From: an uncultured Anaerolineae bacterium
GTDB taxonomy: Bacteria > Chloroflexota > Anaerolineae > Aggregatilineales > UBA3940
NCBI GenBank assembly: GCA_964603985.1
Contig: CAZRXG010000024.1
Span: 460-64,459 of the forward strand
Reading direction: 5' to 3'
DNA: 64,000 bases
In this document: positions 21,462-30,154 of the stretch, piece after piece
Layout of the letters: each line of letters starts with the position of its first letter
How positions within the stretch are numbered: the first letter of the stretch is position 1
Made by a program: the position numbers and the translations under genes
The notes under the pieces: model-generated
What the model was told of the DNA's origin: nothing
Database searches by the model: none
Seen by the model: only the letters and a program-made list of their open reading frames with translations

Positions 21462-21475
21462 CCTTGCGTCTCACA

Positions 21476-22480
21476 TCACCCGGCCACTTCTGGTTGGCCG
21501 AACATCGCGTCGGCCACGCGTTTCAGCATGGGTACGCCGCGTACCTCGGTCTCGTAGAGCGGCACAATCGCCCGCACCAGCGCGCCAAAGGTCTCATCGA
21601 TCTCTTGCATGTACTCCTGCTGCATGGCGACGCGGTTGCGCACGAACTCCGGCGCATCGTCGCCAACGACCTCTTCCTCGATCTTCATGTTGACCACCAC
21701 CCCGCCGATCGGGATGCCGAACTCGGTGAACCAGTCGATGAAGCGGCGGATCACGGCGATGGGTAGTGCCTCCGGCAGGGTCACGAAGAAGAAAGCGGTC
21801 ATGGCGTCGTCGGTCAGGAGATCCTTGGCGTGGCCCATCCGGTCCTGGAAGGAGAGCAGGTAATCCATCAGCGGGTCTTTCTCCTGCTTCTTCTTGCTGT
21901 AAGAAAGACTGAGCCGCATCGCCTGGGCCTCTTCACGACTCTTCAGCATCTTGTTGACCCACAGCGAGTAGACGGATGACATCCCCAGCAGGCGCCGCGC
22001 GTTGGCGGTGGGGGCCGTGTCGAAGACGTACACCTCGTATTCGTCCTCAAACATCAGGTCGATCATGTTCTCAAACATGGCCGACTCTTCGAAGGCCGGG
22101 TTCATCGTGGCGCTCTCGACGAACTGCTCGGCCTGGGTGCGGATCTCCGCATATCTCAGGAACCAGTCGATCTTCTCGCGGATTTCGACCTTGCTCTTCT
22201 CGATGGTGTCTTTGGTGTCGATCTCGTAAGCCCACAGGTTATCGACACCCTCGATTGCAACGTGTCTGCCGAACACATTCTGGTCGAGCAGACCACTCAG
22301 GCTGTGGACCGGGTTGGTGCTGGCCAGCAGCGTACGGCGCCCGCGCTGGGCGAAACCCAGTGCAGCCGCGCCCGCCAGCACGGTCTTGCCAACGCCTCCC
22401 TTGCCACCGAAAAAGGTGTATTTGAGGCCGGGATGAGCCTCCACAAAATCGGTTACCGAATCGGTGATTTGCAGCGTCAT
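21476..22480 (-). CDS. ArsA/Get3-family P-loop ATPase (single domain), copy 1
   Basis: Deviant Walker A FFGGKGGVGKT. Switch II reads VFDTAPTANARRLL, where the family consensus is DTAPTGHT. Confidence 0.9.
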   Translation of the reverse strand: MTLQITDSVTDFVEAHPGLKYTFFGGKGGVGKTVLAGAAALGFAQRGRRTLLASTNPVHSLSGLLDQNVFGRHVAIEGVDNLWAYEIDTKDTIEKSKVEIREKIDWFLRYAEIRTQAEQFVESATMNPAFEESAMFENMIDLMFEDEYEVYVFDTAPTANARRLLGMSSVYSLWVNKMLKSREEAQAMRLSLSYSKKKQEKDPLMDYLLSFQDRMGHAKDLLTDDAMTAFFFVTLPEALPIAVIRRFIDWFTEFGIPIGGVVVNMKIEEEVVGDDAPEFVRNRVAMQQEYMQEIDETFGALVRAIVPLYETEVRGVPMLKRVADAMFGQPEVAG

Positions 22481-22558
22481 GGCTGTCCTCTCTTTAACGT
22501 CGTGTCAGATGGGTGGCGAGGTCACGCCAGGGTGTCACGGCGGCCCCGCTTATACCTG

Positions 22559-23536
22559 CTAGGTGCCGAACATGGCCTCCGCCATCCGTTCGATCATCTC
22601 CATGCCGGTGATGTCACGCTCAAATTCCGGAACGCGTGCCAGCACCTGGTCGCCGAACAGGTTGTCGATCTTCTCAAGGTATTCGCCCTGCATCTTATAG
22701 CGGCTGCGCAGGTAATCCGGCACCCCCGCCTCTGACATGATCAGGTCGGGTAGCACGCGGTTGACGATGTAACCTGAGAGTGGGACATCAAACTTCAAAA
22801 AGAGCTCGGCTGCATTCTGGGTGTCGATCAGGATCATCTCCTCTGGCACCAGTACAAAGAAGAAGGCGGTCTTGACCTTGTCGGTCAGGATGCTGGCCGA
22901 GGTGGAGATGCGATCCTTGATGTATTGGAGCTCGTTCAGGATCAGATCCTCATTGAGCTGCCTGCTGCGCTGGATCCGCGCCGCCATCTGCTCGTATTCG
23001 CGCATCTCTTCGCGCAGCCCGGTGATGCGGCCGATCCACTCGTCGTACACCGAGGCCATGCTCAGGTAGTAGAGCGCGTGGCCGAGCGGGACCAGATCGT
23101 AGATGTAGTAATCAAATCCCCCGGCCACGACGATGTCAACCACCTGGTCAAAGATGGCGCTCTCCTCCATGGCCGGTTCGGCGGCAGCCGCCTGGATGTA
23201 GCTCTCGATCTCGTCGGGAATCTTGTCCAGGTGGTACATGTCAAAGATCTTTTGGCGGATCTCCTCCTGGTACTCCTTGATCCGCTGGTCGGCGTCGATC
23301 TCCTGGGCATACAGGTTTGGGGCGATCTCAACCACGCCCTTGCCGAAGATGTCGCGCTGGAAGATGTCGGACAGCGATGCCTGTGGGTCCACCGAGAAGA
23401 CAAGTACACGGTGTCCCTGGGAAGCCAGATAATGCGCGGTGGCAGCGCTGAAGGTTGTTTTACCGAGGCCCCCCTTGCCGCCAAACATGATGTAGCGGCG
23501 TTCGGGGTGCTCCTCGAAGATTTTCGCCAGTGACAT
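22559..23536 (-). CDS. ArsA/Get3-family P-loop ATPase (single domain), copy 2, degenerate switch II
   Basis: Walker A MFGGKGGLGKT. Switch II is replaced by IYDLVPLGHALYYL. Collinear with copy 1 overall. Confidence 0.88.
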   Translation of the reverse strand: MSLAKIFEEHPERRYIMFGGKGGLGKTTFSAATAHYLASQGHRVLVFSVDPQASLSDIFQRDIFGKGVVEIAPNLYAQEIDADQRIKEYQEEIRQKIFDMYHLDKIPDEIESYIQAAAAEPAMEESAIFDQVVDIVVAGGFDYYIYDLVPLGHALYYLSMASVYDEWIGRITGLREEMREYEQMAARIQRSRQLNEDLILNELQYIKDRISTSASILTDKVKTAFFFVLVPEEMILIDTQNAAELFLKFDVPLSGYIVNRVLPDLIMSEAGVPDYLRSRYKMQGEYLEKIDNLFGDQVLARVPEFERDITGMEMIERMAEAMFGT

Positions 23537-23600
23537 TTACGATTTCTCCTCACACATTCGATGGGGGAGCAGATTTCCCTTGATGGTAAAAAAGCCGGTT

Positions 23601-23912
23601 CTAGGCCAGGGCGTCGGTCAGGTCCTTCTCGCGCAGCATGCGGCGCTTCCAGGTGCTGATCTGCGGGACAACGTAGGGAAGTAAGCGCAGGGAGTAGTAA
23701 GGAGGCAAGATGGGGACGCCCAGCAGGTCGCCCATGGTGATCAGAATAAACAGGTGCTCCATGCTGCCGCGCGTCTTGAGCGCCTGGCGAGTCATCTCGT
23801 GGGCGGCCATGCCGTAGATGTAGTCGCTGAACGCGCGCTTGGCCTTTTGGAAGAAACTTTCTTTCGCTTCTTCTTCGGGCTGTGTGGCCTCGGGATTTAC
23901 GTTCTCGCTCAT
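23601..23912 (-). CDS. small conserved protein P2 (paralog of 19966-20292), unknown family
   Basis: 103 aa, first gene of the ArsA-like operon. C-terminal block EHLFILITMGDLLGVPILPPYYSLRLLPYVVPQISTWKRRMLREKDLTD. Confidence 0.65.
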   Translation of the reverse strand: MSENVNPEATQPEEEAKESFFQKAKRAFSDYIYGMAAHEMTRQALKTRGSMEHLFILITMGDLLGVPILPPYYSLRLLPYVVPQISTWKRRMLREKDLTDALA

Positions 23913-24395
23913 GAGTATTCCTCTCTTGTCGTATTGGTTTTGACACCACTATCTTTGCACTTTTTGTTTTTTGCGTCTGCTCGGAGGGAGTCAGTCTCTC
24001 CGGCGCACGCGCGAAATTGTAAAATCTGCAAAGACAGAGGACACTTTCCCTGCTCAGGCAGGGAAACTTCGCTCCACTGCGACACGTCTCCCTTGAGGGG
24101 CCAATGTCGCATCGCGAGCGTTTATCGTCTCTAGTTGCCCGGTGATCGCGTTGTGAGTTTCATGTGTCGGTGGGCTTGTTTCGCTTCTCTAACTGTGGAA
24201 CACGTCCTGAACATTCGATCTGAGCGTGGCAGTCGCTGCATGTGTATGGCCCGGTGAATATGTGGCTCGTAATAAGGAACCCAACCGTCCGTTTCTCGCC
24301 TAAGCCAGGATACTAACGCAAAGCATCTGGCGCGGCAAGTTGCCGAATAATTACGCGATATATGACAGCCGGGCGCGATCAGGCAGGAGTATCTA

Positions 24396-24764
24396 TCACA
24401 CCACCTGCTCCAGAGCCTGCCCGACGGCTCCTACGAATTCACTGAGGGACATGTCCAACGGGTGGCACTGCCCGCCGATCACCAGGCATGGGAACTCACG
24501 CAGCCGGTGGCGGGCGCAAAACACAAGCCCCCTGGGTGTCCAGAGGTTCAGTATGCGTATCGCTACCCGGCCCCCAAACTCGCGCTCCAGCGCGCGCCGC
24601 AGTATTCGCACTCGCTGCCAGAAGGTGAACGGTGGTCCCGCATCGGTCAGGTCGCGCAGACCGGCTTCCTCAAACACCTCACTCACGTACCGGAAGCCGC
24701 GGGGTGCCTGGAGGTCCAGATCATCGCCCCGCACCACAATGGTAACGACCAGTTCTATGCCCAC
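24396..24764 (-). CDS. glutaredoxin-like fold protein lacking CxxC (paralog of 24778-25188)
   Basis: 122 aa. The block AIRILNLWTPRGL...REFPCLVIGGQ aligns with VIRITDAQSLRGL...RRYPTFIVGGR of the neighbouring gene. Confidence 0.45.
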   Translation of the reverse strand: MGIELVVTIVVRGDDLDLQAPRGFRYVSEVFEEAGLRDLTDAGPPFTFWQRVRILRRALEREFGGRVAIRILNLWTPRGLVFCARHRLREFPCLVIGGQCHPLDMSLSEFVGAVGQALEQVV

Positions 24765-24777
24765 CTGCCTGCCCCTG

Positions 24778-25188
24778 TCAGCCCTCCGCTGCGGAAAGAT
24801 GTTGCCGGATCATCCCGTTGAGGTGCTCCCGGTCCCAGCCGTGATACGTCTCCCTGCCGCCGACGATGAAAGTCGGGTACCTGCGAACTCCTCTGGTCAG
24901 CGACTTCCACAGCCCGCGCAGGGACTGGGCATCGGTGATGCGGATCACGAGCTGCCCCGGAAAGGTCGCAGCCAGATCCAGCACCCACCCGGACACGCGC
25001 TCCCAGTCGTGGGTGAACTCTTCGGGGTAAGATTGCAGGTTCTCCTGGTGGACCCGGCCCCCGACACCTGCGCGGTCAACGAAGACCTGGCAGTGTCGGC
25101 AGTGGATCATGCTCCCCGTGACGTGCGTCACGACCTCGATGTCAAGCGGCTGATGCTCCATTGTCTTCTCCGGCTCTGTATGCCGCAT
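24778..25188 (-). CDS. glutaredoxin/thioredoxin-like protein with CRHC motif
   Basis: 136 aa with CxxC (IHCRHCQVF) and a Grx-like C-terminus (RRYPTFIVGGRETYHGWDREHL). The start may instead be the internal Met at MEHQPLD. Confidence 0.5.
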   Translation of the reverse strand: MRHTEPEKTMEHQPLDIEVVTHVTGSMIHCRHCQVFVDRAGVGGRVHQENLQSYPEEFTHDWERVSGWVLDLAATFPGQLVIRITDAQSLRGLWKSLTRGVRRYPTFIVGGRETYHGWDREHLNGMIRQHLSAAEG

Positions 25189-25291
25189 TGTCTGCCAGTC
25201 GACCCACCCAGGTTCGCAAAAAGCCCGGTAACGAGAGAGGGAGAGGCGGACACCGGTCTGCCTCTCCCTGCATATAGTATCTCGTGCGTGA

Positions 25292-27094
25292 CTAGTCGCC
25301 GGCCGCTGCCCCTGCTGGCGCTTCGGCCTGGGCCTTGTTGAAGGCCTTTAGAGCGTCGATGCCCAGCAGGATCGCTGCTACCGCCATGTAGAGGCCAAAC
25401 AGGGCCGAGATTGCGTTGCCGATGTAGAACACGACCCCCGTGCCAGGCTTGGCATTGACGATGCCCATGATCAGCGCGTTGCGGATGGACACCCACAGCA
25501 AGGCGGCTATGGTGGTCACGTACATGAAGATGGCCGGGATGCCCACCCAGGCGTGGCGCTTCTTCTGACCGGCCAGCCAGATGGTGACCAGCAGCAACGC
25601 CAGGCTCGCAAAGAGCTGGTTGGAGCCGCCGAACAGCACCCAGATCCACTGCCAGTAGCCCGTGAAGACGATGAGCAGTGTCAGCAGTAGGGCCACGATG
25701 CTGCCCACATGCGGGTTCTTGAGGGCCGGGATCGCGTCGCCCAGCAGTTCCGCGCTGGCAATGCGCATGAAGCGGACCACCAGCTGCATGATGGTGATGC
25801 CCATCACGACCAGGAAGATCGAACCTACCGCACTACCCAGGCTCGTGGGGACACCGACCACGTTCATGAAGCGGGCCATGCCGCCCGCGAACACCCCGGC
25901 GGCGCCGGCCACCAGCTTGTAGTCCTGGGCCGCGTCATAGATGGCGGTGCCGTCCGCTTTGGCGATCAGGGTCACGCCCATGATCAACGCCAGCACCGCC
26001 AACACACCCTCCAGGAACATCGCGCCGCCGCCCACCGGCAGGGTGTCGGTCTCCTTCTCAAGCTGGCGCGCCGTGCCTGAGGTGCTTACCAGGCTGTGCC
26101 AGCCCGAGATCGCGCCGCACGCAATGGTCACGAACAGGAGCGGCCACATTGGCCCCAGATGCGGCTGGTTGAACTTGACGTAGGCCGGGATCTTGAAGCT
26201 GGTGCTGACCGGGTCGGTGAAGGTGGCAATGGTGATGCCCAGTACCGAGAGCACCATGCTGATCGCCACGAACCAGAACGAGGTGTAGTTGACCGGCTGG
26301 GCGAAGCGCCAGATGGGCAGCACCGACCCCAGGTAGCAGAAGAGCATCATCATGATTGCCCAGAAGACGAAGCTCCACGTCACGGGAGCGCCGAACTGGG
26401 TCGCGTACAGGACGCCGCCCTCACCGCCCGCCAGGCCGTTGATCCAGGCCACGACACCGTTCGGGCCGGCGAAGAGCGGCAGCGTGCCCACCCAGGCGCC
26501 GACCAGCGCGATCAAGACGGTGATGACAGTCGTCAGCAGCAGGTCTTGCTTCCAGCGGTAGGTCATCTGCCCCGCCAGCACACCGGCCAGCACGATGATC
26601 AGGAAGCCGAAAGGCACCACCGGGTTAGCCAACAGGGGCGAGATGATGGCACCAAAGGCACCCATGATCAGCAGCAGGTAGATATACAGGAAGGACAGCA
26701 GCAGGCCGCGCGAGCGGGGCGAGATGAGCTTGTAGCTCAGGCCGCCCATCGTCATGCCCTCGTTGCGCATGGACAGCAGGGCTGATGCGTAGTCCTGCAC
26801 CCACCCGATGAAGAACGTGCCGATGATGATCCACAACAGCGCGGGCAGCCATCCGTACTGGAGGGCCGTGATCGGGCCAACGATCGGCCCCAGTGCTGCA
26901 ATTGACTTGAACTGATAGCCAAACAGCACACTGGCCGAGGCAGGCATGAAGTCCACGCCGTCCTGGTACATGGTGGCAGGCGTAGCACGCTCAGGATCCG
27001 CCTCCATGACATCGCGGTCCATCTTGCGTGCGTAGACCTGGTAGCCCACCACGAAGAGCAAGACTACTGAAATAACAAGAACAGCAAGTGACAT
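25292..27094 (-). CDS. cstA: carbon starvation protein A family transporter
   Basis: 600-aa polytopic membrane protein. N-terminal CstA signature (LFGYQFKSIAALGPIVGPITALQYGWLPALLWIIIGTFFIGWVQDY). Confidence 0.9.
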   Translation of the reverse strand: MSLAVLVISVVLLFVVGYQVYARKMDRDVMEADPERATPATMYQDGVDFMPASASVLFGYQFKSIAALGPIVGPITALQYGWLPALLWIIIGTFFIGWVQDYASALLSMRNEGMTMGGLSYKLISPRSRGLLLSFLYIYLLLIMGAFGAIISPLLANPVVPFGFLIIVLAGVLAGQMTYRWKQDLLLTTVITVLIALVGAWVGTLPLFAGPNGVVAWINGLAGGEGGVLYATQFGAPVTWSFVFWAIMMMLFCYLGSVLPIWRFAQPVNYTSFWFVAISMVLSVLGITIATFTDPVSTSFKIPAYVKFNQPHLGPMWPLLFVTIACGAISGWHSLVSTSGTARQLEKETDTLPVGGGAMFLEGVLAVLALIMGVTLIAKADGTAIYDAAQDYKLVAGAAGVFAGGMARFMNVVGVPTSLGSAVGSIFLVVMGITIMQLVVRFMRIASAELLGDAIPALKNPHVGSIVALLLTLLIVFTGYWQWIWVLFGGSNQLFASLALLLVTIWLAGQKKRHAWVGIPAIFMYVTTIAALLWVSIRNALIMGIVNAKPGTGVVFYIGNAISALFGLYMAVAAILLGIDALKAFNKAQAEAPAGAAAGD

Positions 27095-27563
27095 CGCTCT
27101 CTCTCCTTATATGATATGTTTAGGTGAGCAAAAGAGACTTCACGCATACGCGTGTTGATTATGAAGGGTCGATGTCTGCGTCAGCGATGAATGAAGCTGG
27201 ATGAAGCTGCGCGAATCCCCGCTAAGGGGGCGAGCCTCCTCACGAAGTGACAGGTCTCACCTCCTCTCCCACACCATAGTGTTGCACACGCAACAACCCA
27301 TCATATAAAACCCTGTTGACGGGTTGAGGATACGGTTATTCTTGATGTTGGTGATAATTATTCGACCAGGGTTGTTACAGGCCTGACCGCCAGGAGATAC
27401 CTCCATTGTACAAGAGGAAACGAAGCACGTAAAGACCATCTGGGCGAATGGAAGCATGAAAAAGTTGAGGAAAACCGCGAGATAGCTGTGAAGTACATTG
27501 AAGTGAGGCTGACGTACAGAACCTCTCCTCTACTTTCTCGTCCTGCCGAGTGAGTGCGTTCTT

Positions 27564-27592
27564 TTGACACGAGGCCATGATGGGGATATACT
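27564..27592 (+). promoter_or_regulatory. his operon promoter
   Basis: TTGACA (27564-27569), 17-nt spacer, TATACT (27587-27592). The predicted TSS is only a few nt before the leader ATG. Confidence 0.55.
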
Positions 27593-27601
27593 CCCTGCGC
27601 G

Positions 27602-27700
27602 ATGCTGAACAAAACTGTGTCTATCCACGTCCATCATCACCATCATCATGACGCCAATTGGCTGCTGGCCCGGTGGCGGCGATGGTGCTTGGCTGGATAA
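27602..27700 (+). CDS. hisL: histidine operon leader peptide
   Basis: 32-codon ORF MLNKTVSIHVHHHHHHDANWLLARWRRWCLAG, with 7 His in 8 consecutive codons (27626-27649). Too short for the ORF track. It sits between the promoter and a terminator, directly upstream of hisG. Confidence 0.7.
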   Translation: MLNKTVSIHVHHHHHHDANWLLARWRRWCLAG

Positions 27701-27740
27701 AAAGCATCAACGATACCAAAAAGTGACTGAGAGTTCACTG

Positions 27741-27770
27741 GCCTCCCCGGAGCAGCGGGGAGGCTTTTTT
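27741..27770 (+). terminator. rho-independent terminator (his attenuator)
   Basis: GCCTCCCCG (27741-27749) pairs with CGGGGAGGC (27756-27764) around a 6-nt loop, followed by TTTTTT (27765-27770). Located 31 nt before the hisG ATG. Confidence 0.7.
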
Positions 27771-27800
27771 GATTGATCGACAGGATCGGGAGAGTATGCT

Positions 27801-28820
27801 ATGGACTCCTCACCCCAGGTTCGGCTGGCACTGCCGAGTAAGGGCCACCTGGAAGACGAAACGTTCCGCTTCTTGAGAGACTGCGGTCTGCGAGTTAACA
27901 AGACCAACCCCCGCCAGTACAGCGCGCGCATCCCGGCCCTGCCGGAGGTGCTGGTGCTGTTCCAGCGCGCACGCGACATTGCTAAAAGCGTTGCCGCCGG
28001 GGATGTCGACCTGGGCATTACCGGCTACGATACGGTCTACGAGTCGCTGGGCGACGCATTCGACGAGGTTGTGCTGGTCCACGAGTCGCTGGGCTACGGG
28101 GAATGCGACCTGGTCGTGGCCGTACCCGACGAGTGGGACACGGTCGATGACCTGGCCGGACTGGCCGCCAGGGCAGAAAGCGAGAGAGGGCTTCGTGCCG
28201 CCACCAAGCACACCCATTCGGCGCGCCGTTTCTTCGATGAGCACGGAGTCGAAGGAATACGCATCGTCAGTGCGGACGGCGCGCTGGAGGCCGCCCCGAC
28301 GGTTGGCTATGCGGACTTCATCGTTGACATCACCACCACCGGCACGACGCTGCGGGATAACCATCTGAAGCCGCTGCCGGACGGCACCATTGTCGAGGCG
28401 CAGGCGGTGCTGATCGGCAACCGGGAGTCGCTTGAGCGCCGCCAGGCGGTGCTGTCCGCCACGTGCCACATGCTGGAATTCATCGAGGCCCACCTCCAGG
28501 CACGCGATAAATACCTGGTGTTTGCCAACATGCGGGGCGGGTCGGCGGAGGAAGTTGCCGGGCGCATGTTCACCCAGACCGAACTGGGCGGGCTGCAAGG
28601 CCCCACGATCTCGCCGATCATCTCCCCCTCACAGGAAGGCGGCTGGTGGGCGGTAAACATCGTGGTTTCGTCTGAGAAGCTGTACCGTGCCATCCAGCAG
28701 TTGCGCGCCATTGGCGGGAGCGGCGTGGTTGCGACCCCGGCCACCTACATTTTCGAGGAGCGCCCCGCCCGCTACCAGCGTCTGCTGGCCGACCTGGGCA
28801 AAGAGGAGATAAACGCATGA
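27801..28820 (+). CDS. hisG: ATP phosphoribosyltransferase, long form with C-terminal regulatory domain
   Basis: RLALPSKGHLEDETFRFL N-terminus, GITGYD, and a C-terminal HisG_C-like region. No hisZ is needed for a long-form enzyme. Confidence 0.92.
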   Translation: MDSSPQVRLALPSKGHLEDETFRFLRDCGLRVNKTNPRQYSARIPALPEVLVLFQRARDIAKSVAAGDVDLGITGYDTVYESLGDAFDEVVLVHESLGYGECDLVVAVPDEWDTVDDLAGLAARAESERGLRAATKHTHSARRFFDEHGVEGIRIVSADGALEAAPTVGYADFIVDITTTGTTLRDNHLKPLPDGTIVEAQAVLIGNRESLERRQAVLSATCHMLEFIEAHLQARDKYLVFANMRGGSAEEVAGRMFTQTELGGLQGPTISPIISPSQEGGWWAVNIVVSSEKLYRAIQQLRAIGGSGVVATPATYIFEERPARYQRLLADLGKEEINA

Positions 28821-30154
28821 GCGGTCTGCTGCGTATCTACGAACTCGAGGAAGCCCGGCAGGGCATCCTGCGGCGCGTTCCGCCCGACGAGCTTGAGGTG
28901 ACCGAAAGCGTCAGGAAAAGCATCGAGGCTATCTTCGGCGAGCCGCTGACGCCGGAGCAGGCGGTTCGACGGGTGATCGGCGACGTGCGGGCAGGCGGCG
29001 ACAACGCACTGCGCGCCTGGATGGAGCGCATCGACCGGGTGGCACTTGACGCGCTGTCCGCTTCGCCGGAGGAGATCACGGCGGGGGTTGAGGCCACACC
29101 GCCGGAGGTCATCGACGCGCTGAGACTGTCCGCACAGCGGATCGAGCGCTTCTACCGGCAGCAGCCGCTCACCTCATGGCTGGATGTGGGCGAAGAAGGC
29201 GTCCTGGGCCAGGTCATCCTGCCGGTTGACCGGGTGGGCGTTTACGTGCCGGGCGGCACCGCCCCGCTTCCATCCTCGCTGCTGATGAGCGCGATCCCCG
29301 CCCAGGTGGCCGGGGTTAAGGGGATCATCGCCTGCACGCCGCCGGGGCGCGATGGCTCGTTGCCGCCCGTGATTCTGGCGGCAGCGCACGTCGCCGGGGT
29401 CGAGCGGGTGTACAAGCTCGGCGGGGCGCAGGCCATCGCAGCGATGGCCTACGGCACCGAGAGCGTCCCCCGCGTGGACAAGATCGTCGGGCCGGGCAAC
29501 CTGTTCGTGACGCTCGCCAAGCGGCAGGTGTACGGCGCGGTGGGCATCGAGGGGCTGCTGGGGCCGACCGAGACGCTGATCATCGCCGACGAGCACGCCA
29601 ACCCGGCCTACGTCGCCGCCGACCTGCTGGCGCAGGCCGAGCACGACGTGCTGGCCCAGGCGATCCTCGTCACGCCCAGCCGCGACCTGGCAGGGGCAGT
29701 CGCCGCCGAGGTCGAGGCGCAGGCCGCCGACCTGAGCCGCAGGGCGATCTTCCGGGAGTCGCTGGCACACCGGGGCGGCGTGATCATCGTGCCCGACCTT
29801 GAGACCGCCTTCGATCTGGCCGACGAGTATGCCGCCGAACACCTGCAGCTCTCGGTCGAAGAGCCGTTCAACTGGCTGGGCAAGGTCAGGCATGCCGGTG
29901 CGATCTTCCTCGGTGAACACTCATTTGAGGTGCTGGGCGACTACGTGGCCGGGCCGAGCCACAGCCTGCCCACCGGCGGCACGGCCCGCTTTGCGTCAGG
30001 GCTGAACGTGCTGGACTTTGTCAAAGTGACGGGTGTGATCGGGTTGCAGCCGCAAACCACCGCCCGACTGAGCGCCCCGGCTGCCACGCTGGCCCGTGCC
30101 GAGGAATTGACGGCCCACGCCGCCGCCGCCGATGCGAGGAGTGAGGCCCAATGA
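28817..30154 (+). CDS. hisD: histidinol dehydrogenase
   Basis: 445 aa with the family blocks ([38 protein letters not shown]). ATGA overlap with hisG. Confidence 0.95.
   Translation: MSGLLRIYELEEARQGILRRVPPDELEVTESVRKSIEAIFGEPLTPEQAVRRVIGDVRAGGDNALRAWMERIDRVALDALSASPEEITAGVEATPPEVIDALRLSAQRIERFYRQQPLTSWLDVGEEGVLGQVILPVDRVGVYVPGGTAPLPSSLLMSAIPAQVAGVKGIIACTPPGRDGSLPPVILAAAHVAGVERVYKLGGAQAIAAMAYGTESVPRVDKIVGPGNLFVTLAKRQVYGAVGIEGLLGPTETLIIADEHANPAYVAADLLAQAEHDVLAQAILVTPSRDLAGAVAAEVEAQAADLSRRAIFRESLAHRGGVIIVPDLETAFDLADEYAAEHLQLSVEEPFNWLGKVRHAGAIFLGEHSFEVLGDYVAGPSHSLPTGGTARFASGLNVLDFVKVTGVIGLQPQTTARLSAPAATLARAEELTAHAAAADARSEAQ

Noticed and set aside
24340-25341. 333-aa plus-strand ORF.
   Set aside because: It overlaps two minus-strand Grx-like ORFs and the cstA 3' end. 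The translation is R/P/S-rich with no motif. The minus-strand paralog pair is the more parsimonious reading, although those calls are themselves only moderate confidence.
27626-27649. CAT/CAC-rich stretch considered as a microsatellite or simple repeat.
   Set aside because: It is in frame inside a mini-ORF with a start and a stop. It sits between a promoter and a terminator upstream of hisG, so it reads as regulatory His codons.
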